Of a stretch of DNA of 64,000 nucleotides, positions 57,159-64,000 are shown in pieces. The notes beneath the pieces were generated by a model that saw only the letters and a program-made list of their open reading frames with translations, searched no databases and had not been told where the DNA came from. Source of the DNA: an uncultured Solirubrobacterales bacterium (GTDB lineage Bacteria; Actinomycetota; Thermoleophilia; Solirubrobacterales; JBBDJG01). The position numbers and the translations under genes were made by a program. Where the stretch lies: the NCBI GenBank assembly GCA_963759145.1, contig CAVWYB010000035.1:32824-96823 (forward strand), in the 5' to 3' direction. The stretch's first letter is position 1. Each line of letters starts with the position of its first letter.

Positions 57159-57166
57159 AGCCGGCC

Positions 57167-57544
57167 TCAGCGGTGGGCGGCCCGGCCCACCGCAGCGCTG
57201 ATCAGCGCCGAGCCGCCTGCGACGACCACAGTTGCGGGCGCAGAGCCCTCGGGGAGGCCGCGGCGGCCCGCCAGGGTTGCCCCGATGTCCGCCAGGTCCC
57301 CGGCGATGCTGGCCGCGAGGTACGGCCGCACGGGCGCGCTGCGTAGGGCAGCCGCGATCGCCAACCCATGCAGCGCCACCTCGCGCGCTCCCAGGCCGCG
57401 GAGCGCGACCTGCGCAGCAGGCTTAGCGGCGGTTGGCCCGAGCCACCTGCGGGTGAGACGTGCGGGAACGGCGATCAGCGCCGCCCCATAGGCGACGCGT
57501 AGCGTCAGCACGGCAAGGGCGGCAGTGCGGGAAGGCGTGGACAT
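57167..57544 (-). CDS. hypothetical membrane protein
   Basis: MSTPSRTAALAVLTLRVAYGAALIAVPARL... is about 125 aa with 3-4 hydrophobic segments. Divergent from the SDR gene. Start chosen at the internal ATG 57544. Confidence 0.45.
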   Translation of the reverse strand: MSTPSRTAALAVLTLRVAYGAALIAVPARLTRRWLGPTAAKPAAQVALRGLGAREVALHGLAIAAALRSAPVRPYLAASIAGDLADIGATLAGRRGLPEGSAPATVVVAGGSALISAAVGRAAHR

Positions 57545-57621
57545 TCCGGTCAAGATACGGGCGAGCGGGCACCGTCGATCAGTGATCGGCGCTCCCGCGG
57601 CGCGCGTAACCTCGTGTAGAC

Positions 57622-58409
57622 ATGGATCTCTCCGGCGCAACCGCCCTCGTCACCGGGGCCAACCGCGGCATCGGCCGCGCGCTCACCGAGGCCCTTGCCG
57701 CACGGCCGCTGCGAATGGTGCTCGCGGGCATGCGCGACACTGGGAGGTTCGAGCAGGTGGAAGGGGGGCCGCCGAGGTCCGCCCCGTGTGGCTCGATCTC
57801 TCCAGCCGTGAGTCCATCGACTCGTGCGTCGACGCTCTGGGGGACGACCTCGGGAAGATCAACGTGCTCCTGAACAACGCCGGCCAGATGACCGGGGGGC
57901 TGCTCGAGGAGCAGGACATGGGCGAGGTCTACTCGATGTTCCAGGCCAATCTGATCGCGGTTGCCCACCTCACGCATCGATTGCTCCCACACATGCTCGC
58001 GAACGGGCACGGCAAGGTCGTGAACAACGCTTCCATCAGCGGCTATGCGTACTTCCCCGCCGCCACCACATACGCTGCGTCCAAGGCTGGCGTGGTGGCG
58101 CTGAGCGAGTCCCTGCGTCGCGAGCTGAAGGGCACCGGCGTCGACGTCCTGCACCTGGTCACACCCGGCGTGAACACCGACATGCTCGATGCGACCGAGG
58201 ATGTCTACGGCCGCCACATAGATACCTCCCGCTGGGAGAAGGTCGAGCCCGCGGAGTGGGCAGCGAAAGTCCTCGAGGCGATCGTGAACGACGACCACGT
58301 CCTCGGTCCCGGCGGCCGGACGGCCGTCGCCAAACTCGCATCGCGGGGCCCAGCGTTCCTGCTCGACTCGCTCAGCGCGCGGATGTTCAGCCGCCAACCG
58401 CGCTCATAG
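57622..58409 (+). CDS. short-chain dehydrogenase/reductase, one frameshift ~57765
   Basis: ALVTGANRGIGRAL, LLNNAG and YAASKAGVVALSESL (YxxxK). Confidence 0.85.
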
Positions 58410-59634
58410 CCGAGGGAGTCGTTACTGCCGTCACCGCCGTCCGCGGGTGATGGCCTGCCCAGCGTGGCTTCGCCAGCAGCGCCTGGATCAGGCCGATCCT
58501 GCGCTCGGCGAAGCCGGCCTCGCAGTAGGACAGGTACATCCGCCAGAGCCTGCGGAACCGCTGGTCGTATCCAAGCGACTCCAACTCCTCGGCGGCTGCT
58601 TCGAAGTTCGCCCGCCAGCGGCGCAGCGTCTCGGCGTAATGGGGAGTGAGGTCATCGAGGTGCTCGGTGGCGAAGTCGGTCCGGCGCGCAACGCACTTCG
58701 CGATGACCTGCCGCGAGGGTAGGCAGCCGTTCGGGAACACGTAGGTCCGGATGAAGCTCTTCGATGCCTTCTCGACCTCGTACGCGTCGTCATCCATCGT
58801 GATCGCCTGCAGCAGCATCACGCCGTCTGGTGCGAGCAGGTCCGAGCAGCACTGGAAGAACGTGCCGAAGTCCTTCCATCCCACCGCCTCGATCATCTCG
58901 ATCGACACGAGCTTGTCGTAGCTGCCGCGCAGATCGCGATAGTCGTCGAGCAGCACCTCGACGCGGCTCTCGACACCGGCCTCCCGCACCCGCGCGAGGG
59001 CCATGTCGTGTTGTGCCTTCGAGATCGTCGTGGTCGTCACCCGGCAGCCGCGCGTGAGGGCCGCGTGCACCGCGAAGCCGCCCCAGCCGGTGCCGATCTC
59101 GAGCACGTGGTCGGCGGGCCCCAGATCGAGCTTGTCGCACACCATGTCGAGCTTGGCGATGGACGCCTGCTCCAACGTCATCCCACCGTCGTCGAAGACC
59201 GCGCACGAGTACATGAGCGTCGGATCGAGCATGTGGGAGAACAGCTCGTTCCCCAGGTCGTAGTGCGCCGCGATGTCCTTCCGGCTCCGCGTCGGCGTAT
59301 TGCGCAGAAAGGCGGCACGCATCCTCTGGTAGGGGGCGCGGGCGAACGTCAGCCGGCGGCGAATCCGGTCGATCCCGTCCACGTTGCGCGCCGCGACGCG
59401 GATCACCGCCGTGAGATCGGGCGTGTCCCACATTCCCGCCATGTAGGACTCTCCCAGACCGCGACTGCCGCGCAGCAGAGACACCCATGCACGGGTAGAG
59501 CGCACGTGGATCGTCGCCCGGGGCGCTCCTTCGCCGAACACCTGAGGGCGGCTGTCCTCGATCACCGTCAGCTCCCCGCAACGCAGCCGCGACAGCACCG
59601 CCGAAACGATCCTGCGCGCGACCCACTCGATCAC
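58387..59634 (-). CDS. cyclopropane-fatty-acyl-phospholipid synthase family SAM-dependent methyltransferase, intact
   Basis: AHYDLGNELFSHMLDPTLMYSCAVF, VLEIGTGWGGFAVHAA, FVFPNGCLPS and WRMYLSYCEAGF. Confidence 0.9.
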   Translation of the reverse strand: MIEWVARRIVSAVLSRLRCGELTVIEDSRPQVFGEGAPRATIHVRSTRAWVSLLRGSRGLGESYMAGMWDTPDLTAVIRVAARNVDGIDRIRRRLTFARAPYQRMRAAFLRNTPTRSRKDIAAHYDLGNELFSHMLDPTLMYSCAVFDDGGMTLEQASIAKLDMVCDKLDLGPADHVLEIGTGWGGFAVHAALTRGCRVTTTTISKAQHDMALARVREAGVESRVEVLLDDYRDLRGSYDKLVSIEMIEAVGWKDFGTFFQCCSDLLAPDGVMLLQAITMDDDAYEVEKASKSFIRTYVFPNGCLPSRQVIAKCVARRTDFATEHLDDLTPHYAETLRRWRANFEAAAEELESLGYDQRFRRLWRMYLSYCEAGFAERRIGLIQALLAKPRWAGHHPRTAVTAVTTPSAMSAVGG

Positions 59635-60356
59635 GACGGCTGTACTCCCGGATGGGGCTGGACCGGCACTCCCTTAAGCTTCAGCGCGACCGCGTGCCCG
59701 TAGATCAGCGCAAGCATCCGCACCGTCGCGGCGGGGTGCCGGGCGGTCACGCGAGCGAGCGAGCGCCGCGTGAGCGACACGTGGCGAAGCCCGAGCGTGG
59801 CGTCGAAGGCGACCCTCCCATCCTCGCTGCTCTCGATGTGCACCGAGAGGGTCTCACCCGGCGCGGGAGCGCGCCACGTATAGCGCTGGTCCATGCGCAT
59901 GAAGGGAGAGACGTGCAGTGCCTTGTCGAGGTCGCCGCGGATTACGGGGCCACCGCCGTGCGGCAGCACGTATGCGTGGCGCTCGCCCCAGGGCGTGCTG
60001 GTCACTTCGGCGAGGACCGACTGCACCTGCTCCCCGTCTGCCGCAAAGCAGTAGTAGAAGCTCACCGGGTTGAAGCAGTGCCCGAAGGTGCGCAGATGGG
60101 TCAGGACCCGGATCGGCCCCTCGGGGCGCGACCCGCAACGGGATGCGACCAGCGACCGCACGGCCTCGTCGAGCGGCTGCGCCGGGTCGCCCAGGTAGTC
60201 GCTGCGACGGAAGCGCACAAGGCCGGGCGCCGGTGCGGACAAGCCTCCCATCCAGCAGCCTGGGCAGCTCGTCCAGGTCCACGTAGGCCATCGCGATGCG
60301 ATGACGGAACTCGTGGGAGCGGACCGCGAAGCGGCGGTGGCGGATCGTGCCTTCAT
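59631..60356 (-). CDS. DUF1365 family protein, intact
   Basis: HSALYEGTIRHRRFAVRSHEFRHRIAMAYVDLDELP...FRRSDYLGDP...LRTFGHCFNPVSFYYCF. The start of the downstream methyltransferase overlaps its stop (ATGA). Confidence 0.85.
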   Translation of the reverse strand: MKARSATAASRSAPTSSVIASRWPTWTWTSCPGCWMGGLSAPAPGLVRFRRSDYLGDPAQPLDEAVRSLVASRCGSRPEGPIRVLTHLRTFGHCFNPVSFYYCFAADGEQVQSVLAEVTSTPWGERHAYVLPHGGGPVIRGDLDKALHVSPFMRMDQRYTWRAPAPGETLSVHIESSEDGRVAFDATLGLRHVSLTRRSLARVTARHPAATVRMLALIYGHAVALKLKGVPVQPHPGVQPS

Positions 60357-60371
60357 AGAGAGCGCTGTGCA

Positions 60372-61619
60372 TCAGATACTCCCTACCCCCAGGCGCTCGG
60401 CCACCCGCACCGCGCTGGTCACGCCGTCCTCGTGGAAGCCCCAGCCCCAATAGGCGCCGCAATAGTGCGTGCGGTTGCGGCCGCTGATCTCGCCGTGGCG
60501 AGCCTGCGCGGCCTGGCCGGCCGCGGTGAAGACCGGATGCGCGTAGGGAATCGTGCGGATGATCTTGCCGGGGTCGATCGCGCTCGTGTGGTTGAGCGTC
60601 ACGCAGAACTCGCGGTCGGCGTGCAGCGACTGGAGCCGGTTCATGTGGTAGGTCACTGTGGGCTTGCCTCGGGGCGTAACAAGCAGGTGGTAGTTCCAGC
60701 TCGCCCATGCGCGCCGGCGCCGCGGCAGCAGTCGGGTGTCGGTGTGCAGCACCGCTTCGTTGGGCTGGTACGGGATCGCGCCAAGCAGCTCGTGCTCCCG
60801 CTGCGTAGCGTCGGTGAGCAGTGCGAGTGCCTGGTCGGAGTGAGTCGCGAGGACCACCTCGTCGAAGCGCTCGACCTCGCCCCCGCGCGGGGTGATTGCG
60901 ACGTGGCCCTCATGGCGGTGGATGGAGTCGATCGGCGTCGACAGGCGCAGGCGGTCGCGCCACGGCCTCACGAGCGCCTCCACGTAGCGGTGCGACCCGC
61001 CGTGGACCGTGCGCCACTTCGGCCTCCCGCGGAAGTTGAGCATCCCGTGGTTGTGGAAGAACTCGAGCAGGAACCGTGCGGGGAAGCTCCACATCTGCCG
61101 CGGGTCGGCGGACCAGACCGCGGCCGCCTGGGGAACGATCAGCCGGTCGACAAACGCAGGGGAGAAGCGCCGGGCCTCGAGCCAGTGACCGAGCGACGGG
61201 CCCGTGTCATCGGATCGCAGTAACTCCCGGGCCTCGCGGTTGAAGCGCACCAGATCGGCCACCATCCGGTGGAACCACGGTGACGCGAGATGCGCGCGCT
61301 TGGCGAAGAGCCCATTCGGTGATGCGCTGCTGTACTCGAAGTCGCTCGCCTCATCGGCGACGGCGAAGCTCATGGTCGACGACTGGCTCGCCACACCCAG
61401 ACGCTCGAGCAGGCGCTCGAAGTTCGGGTAGTTGCGGTTGTTGAAAACGATGAACCCGGTGTCGACCCAGTGGGTCTCGTGGTCGGTGTCCACGCGGACG
61501 GTGTTGGTGTGGCCGCCCGGGTAGGAGCCGGCCTCGAACACCGTCACCTCGTGCCGGCGCGCGAGCAGGTGGGCCGCGACCAGGCCGGACACTCCCGCGC
61601 CGACGACGGCGATTCTCAT
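60372..61619 (-). CDS. FAD/NAD(P)-binding amine-oxidase / phytoene-desaturase-like oxidoreductase, intact
   Basis: MRIAVVGAGVSGLVAAHLLARRHEVTVFEAGSYPGGHT (GxGxxG dinucleotide fold). 415 aa. First gene of the minus-strand operon. Confidence 0.85.
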   Translation of the reverse strand: MRIAVVGAGVSGLVAAHLLARRHEVTVFEAGSYPGGHTNTVRVDTDHETHWVDTGFIVFNNRNYPNFERLLERLGVASQSSTMSFAVADEASDFEYSSASPNGLFAKRAHLASPWFHRMVADLVRFNREARELLRSDDTGPSLGHWLEARRFSPAFVDRLIVPQAAAVWSADPRQMWSFPARFLLEFFHNHGMLNFRGRPKWRTVHGGSHRYVEALVRPWRDRLRLSTPIDSIHRHEGHVAITPRGGEVERFDEVVLATHSDQALALLTDATQREHELLGAIPYQPNEAVLHTDTRLLPRRRRAWASWNYHLLVTPRGKPTVTYHMNRLQSLHADREFCVTLNHTSAIDPGKIIRTIPYAHPVFTAAGQAAQARHGEISGRNRTHYCGAYWGWGFHEDGVTSAVRVAERLGVGSI

Positions 61620-61695
61620 TGGCGAAGCTCGGAGTCCGCAGCGTGCACGGACAGTTATACGCGTCGGCGAGGGTGTTCAGATCACCGAAAGAAGG

Positions 61696-61766
61696 TCGGG
61701 GCGACTGGATCTGAACCAGCCACCGCTCGGCTCCCAGCAGCCGAGTGCGCTAGCAGGCGCCTCCCG
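61696..61766 (-). pseudogene. tRNA-Pro-like sequence, apparently degenerate (good T-arm and 3' acceptor, shortened D-region, 8-nt anticodon loop)
   Basis: The minus strand reads CGGGAGGCGCCTGCTAGCGCA-CTCGGC-TGCTGGGA-GCCGAG-CGGTG-GCTGG-TTCAGAT-CCAGT-CGCCCCG-A-CC. The 3' half resembles tRNA-Pro(TGG). The 5' acceptor pairs at only 5 of 7 positions. Confidence 0.4.
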
Positions 61767-62141
61767 CCGCAGCCAGGCAGCTGTCGACGGTTTCGTCACG
61801 ACTGGCATTCGAAATGCGCCACTCACGCAGGCGTTTCCCGAGCTCGCGGGAAGCTGCGCGTGCGATGGCGGAGGACAAGATCGACTTCCTCAGCGGCGGC
61901 ACCTACCGGCAGAAGCATGCGAGGCCGCTGGAGGGTTTCTGCCGAGACGCGTCGAGCAAGACCTGCACCCTGCGGGTGTGCCCGAGAGGACGTCCCTGGA
62001 ACTCAAAGAGCTGGGACCCCGACAACGGGGGGCGCGGATGGACGCAGGCTTGCCTCGCTCACCTCGAACACGACGGAGAAGACATCCAAGCGGCCCTGCG
62101 TTTCGAACAACTCCCAAATAACAACAAACTGGAGGTAGCTC

Positions 62142-62894
62142 GTGACGCACAGCTTCTCACTCTCCCGAGCCCTGTGGGCTCTACCCGTGGCGCTTGGATT
62201 GATGGTCGTGATGCTGGTCGCCAGTCCGGCCGCCCAGGCACACGGGAAGTCGTGGAAGCACTGGGACGGCGGCAAGTGGGGTCAGTGGCACAAGACGCAC
62301 AACCACAAGCCCAACACCGATGGTAGGACCGTATCCGTGGTCGGCGGGAACACCAAGCTTTTCGTCGACGAGGGCACCGGGGTCGCGCTGGGGTCGCTCG
62401 GCATCGCAGTCGAGCCGGTCGATTCCGCCAGTGTCTCACGCGGCGACGGGTTCCGGTTCCCGATCACGGGCGGTGAGGTGAACGCCAAGACGCTCGTGGG
62501 CCAGATCAGGCACAGCGGAGGGCTTGCTTTCGTGAAGGGCTCCACCCGTGTCGAGTTGACCGACTTCTACATCAACATTGACGCCCAGCCCGACCTCACG
62601 GCGGTGGTGGGCGGCTCTCGAGTCTCGATCCTGTCGTTTGACGTATCCGATCTGGAGCGCAAGGACAGGGGCAACAAAGTCCGGCTCAGCGGCATCAAGG
62701 CAAGCCTCACTTCCGATGCGGCGGCAGCGCTAAATGCTGCGTTCTCGACCAGCGCGTTCCAGGAAGGGCTGCTGATCGGCACGGCCCGAGTGAAGGCGTA
62801 CGCCCACAGCAGCGACGGCCGCCACGGCGACGACGACGATGAGGACGACGACCGCCACGGCGACCACGATGGCAAGCGCGGGTCCGACCGCTAG
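62142..62894 (+). CDS. secreted hypothetical protein with a His-rich N-region and a His/Asp/Glu-rich C-terminal tail, intact
   Basis: GGAGG RBS plus GTG start and signal peptide ...LMVVMLVASPAAQAHG. HGKSWKHWDGGKWGQWHKTHNHK follows, and the tail is HSSDGRHGDDDDEDDDRHGDHDGKRGSDR. Confidence 0.7.
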   Translation: MTHSFSLSRALWALPVALGLMVVMLVASPAAQAHGKSWKHWDGGKWGQWHKTHNHKPNTDGRTVSVVGGNTKLFVDEGTGVALGSLGIAVEPVDSASVSRGDGFRFPITGGEVNAKTLVGQIRHSGGLAFVKGSTRVELTDFYINIDAQPDLTAVVGGSRVSILSFDVSDLERKDRGNKVRLSGIKASLTSDAAAALNAAFSTSAFQEGLLIGTARVKAYAHSSDGRHGDDDDEDDDRHGDHDGKRGSDR

Positions 62895-62934
62895 CGCAAC
62901 GCCGTAGCGGCATGCACACGACGACGGATCCTCT

Positions 62935-62963
62935 GAGGGCCGGCTGCTCGGCGGCCGGCCCTC
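62935..62963 (+). terminator. 10-bp GC stem hairpin downstream of the secreted-protein gene
   Basis: GAGGGCCGGC-tgctcggcg-GCCGGCCCTC lies 41 nt after the stop, followed by a small GACG-gaaa-CGTC hairpin. Confidence 0.5.
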
Positions 62964-63073
62964 CGACGGAAACGTCGTCATCACCAAGGAGGAACTGCTG
63001 CGGGGCCTGGCTTTTAAGCCGGGGCGACGCCAAACGGGACTACGGCTACAAGGAGCCGTTACCCCACCGGGAA

Positions 63074-63275
63074 GGTTGCGCGGGTTCGATACTACCGTCT
63101 TGACCCTCGACTATTCGTGGGCCGCATATGGGCCGTACGGAATTGACCAACGTAGTCATGTGGGGTTCGCCCGAGACACATCGATCCGCCTGCCCTGCCC
63201 CAGCGAGGACCCCACCGGACAGACTCCTTTCACTCGTAATGAAGGGGTCCCCGGTTCGAATCCGGGCGTCGGCTT
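63074..63275 (+). repeat. copy 3 of the 47-bp core (63229..63275) preceded by the conserved non-coding arm
   Basis: GGTTGCGCGGGTTCGATACT...TCGTGGGCCGCATATGGGCCGTACGGAATTGACCAACGTAGTCAT...GGACAGACTCCT plus the identical core. Confidence 0.85.
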
Positions 63276-63451
63276 TGGCTCGCAAAGACGAATTCAGGCA
63301 CTCGGTGAGCAGTCCCACTGGTGGGAGAGGGGTAGACGCAGGCCTGGGGTATCGGCGCCTGTCCCGCTTGATGTGGCGATCAAGGCGTGATCGGATATCT
63401 TCGGTTGGCCACAGTGGGCTCATGCCTGTTGAGTGATCGGAGAGGAGCGAA

Positions 63452-63746
63452 ATGACTGGTCCTGACTACGATGACTTGGTCGCCGGGCCGGCGCGCCTAC
63501 TTCCTGGAAGGCAACACACGCACCGTCGCGTGGCCGGGGGAGCAGCTGAACGCGATCACCACGGTGATCGACGAGAGCCGCGACGCCACGTACGACGCGC
63601 TCTGGCATGACCTGCGGCGCAACAGGACCGATGCCGACCTCATGGATGTCGATTCGGTCCACGGCTACGAGAAGGGTGGCGCAGCGGCTGGTGACGACCT
63701 GATGGCGGGCCACGGCCGCTGGCCTAGGCCCTGGATTGCCTCATGA
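63452..63746 (+). pseudogene. N-terminal fragment (~95 codons, one frameshift) of an aldehyde dehydrogenase family gene
   Basis: GGAGAGGAG RBS. ...RRAYFLEGNTRTVAWPGEQLNAITTVIDESRDATYDALWHDLRRNRTDADLMDV...RWPRPW resembles the ALDH3-type N-terminus (..F.sG.Tr...wR..qL..l......e...AL..DL.k...e). The reading frame ends where the next gene starts. Confidence 0.45.
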
Positions 63747-63982
63747 CGATCGGAGGTTCAATCTTCCTGATCGCCGTCGGGGCGATCCTCAACTTCGCCG
63801 TCACCGCGACGGTCGCCGGGATCGACATTCAGACGGTCGGCGTCATCCTGATGATCGCCGGCGGAGTCGGCCTCGTGATCGGACTGATCTTCATGGCAAG
63901 CGCGAGCCGTGGCGGACCACCGCCGCCCGCAGGTCCTGGTGGCGCGCCTCCGGGTGGACCACCTCCCCCCGGCCAGTACTGA
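63743..63982 (+). CDS. small membrane protein (DUF6458-like) with a Pro/Gly-rich tail
   Basis: MTIGGSIFLIAVGAILNFAV...VGVILMIAGGVGLVIGLIFM has two TM segments, then GGPPPPAGPGGAPPGGPPPPGQY. Confidence 0.6.
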   Translation: MTIGGSIFLIAVGAILNFAVTATVAGIDIQTVGVILMIAGGVGLVIGLIFMASASRGGPPPPAGPGGAPPGGPPPPGQY

Positions 63983-64000
63983 AAGCCATGAGCGCGACGA

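Larger units (their letters stand above)
56795..63275 (+). mobile_element. putative integrated segment 2 (island remnant) bounded by the second and third 47-bp copies; no integrase seen
   Basis: Direct-repeat boundaries and a truncated hydrolase gene at the left end. Cargo is a membrane protein, an SDR, a CFA-synthase/DUF1365/amine-oxidase operon, a tRNA-like remnant and a secreted His/Asp-rich protein. Confidence 0.5.

Noticed and set aside
59652-61223. 523-aa plus-strand ORF opposite DUF1365 and the amine oxidase
   Set aside because: It is an antisense artefact. The minus-strand genes are intact, motif-bearing and translationally coupled.
52369-63275. Search for an integrase, transposase, excisionase or conjugation genes in the island-like segments
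   Set aside because: None was found in any frame. I looked for the R..HxxR..Y recombinase pattern, serine-recombinase blocks and DDE-like motifs. Absence from manual inspection is not proof; see the findings for the decisive HMM search.
63076-63390. ORF running through repeat copy 3 (and ORF 56465..56758 through copy 2), which could suggest a conserved small protein
   Set aside because: The two ORFs enter the identical 47-bp core in different reading phases (FTRNEGVPG versus FHS-stop). The shared amino-acid stretch (SWA.YGPYG.DQRSH) simply reflects nucleotide identity, so the element is non-coding.

Overview
Very GC-rich (about 70% by eye, not computed) actinobacterial-type chromosomal segment. 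It is densely coding on both strands, with about 65 protein genes, one intact tRNA and no rRNA or CRISPR. All family names come from motifs I recognise in the translations; no database search was possible. Layout: (i) 0-34 kb is a mixed metabolic and envelope region. It holds a LuxR/TPR regulator, cupin, DUF4242, a DUF559 gene, a large secreted hydrolase-like gene, an SBP56 selenium-binding/methanethiol-oxidase-like gene, saccharopine dehydrogenase, a 4-gene sugar ABC transporter, hydrolases, a PEP-mutase-family enzyme, a ceramidase-like protein, dodecin, an SDR-menB-M32 carboxypeptidase operon, nitroreductase/GNAT/F420-type genes, a beta-propeller-RTX protein, a PEBP lipoprotein, an MBL hydrolase and a patatin. 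(ii) 34.3-37.8 kb is an intact, translationally coupled four-gene operon: a membrane-anchored, apparently catalytically degenerate resolvase-domain protein, a processive GT2 synthase, a small membrane protein and a secreted GH18. This is my best candidate for an undescribed system. (iii) 39.9-45.7 kb holds a Topo III/archaeal-like type IA topoisomerase, osmC, a sigma-70 factor, tmk and holB, followed by envelope-related genes. (iv) tRNA-Thr(CGU) lies at 52.3 kb. Two further identical 47-bp copies of its 3' part follow at 56.75 kb and 63.23 kb, delimiting two tandem island-like segments (4.4 and 6.5 kb). These segments have no recognisable integrase. Each ends in a homologous non-coding arm of about 160 nt. 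Their cargo includes an amine-oxidase/DUF1365/CFA-synthase triad and a degenerate tRNA-Pro-like remnant. A pervasive caveat is that dozens of genes can only be read by switching reading frame at single-base indels. Several blocks are completely clean, including the 34-40 kb operon. Coordinates of frameshifted genes are therefore whole-gene reconstructions, and their starts and ends are approximate.
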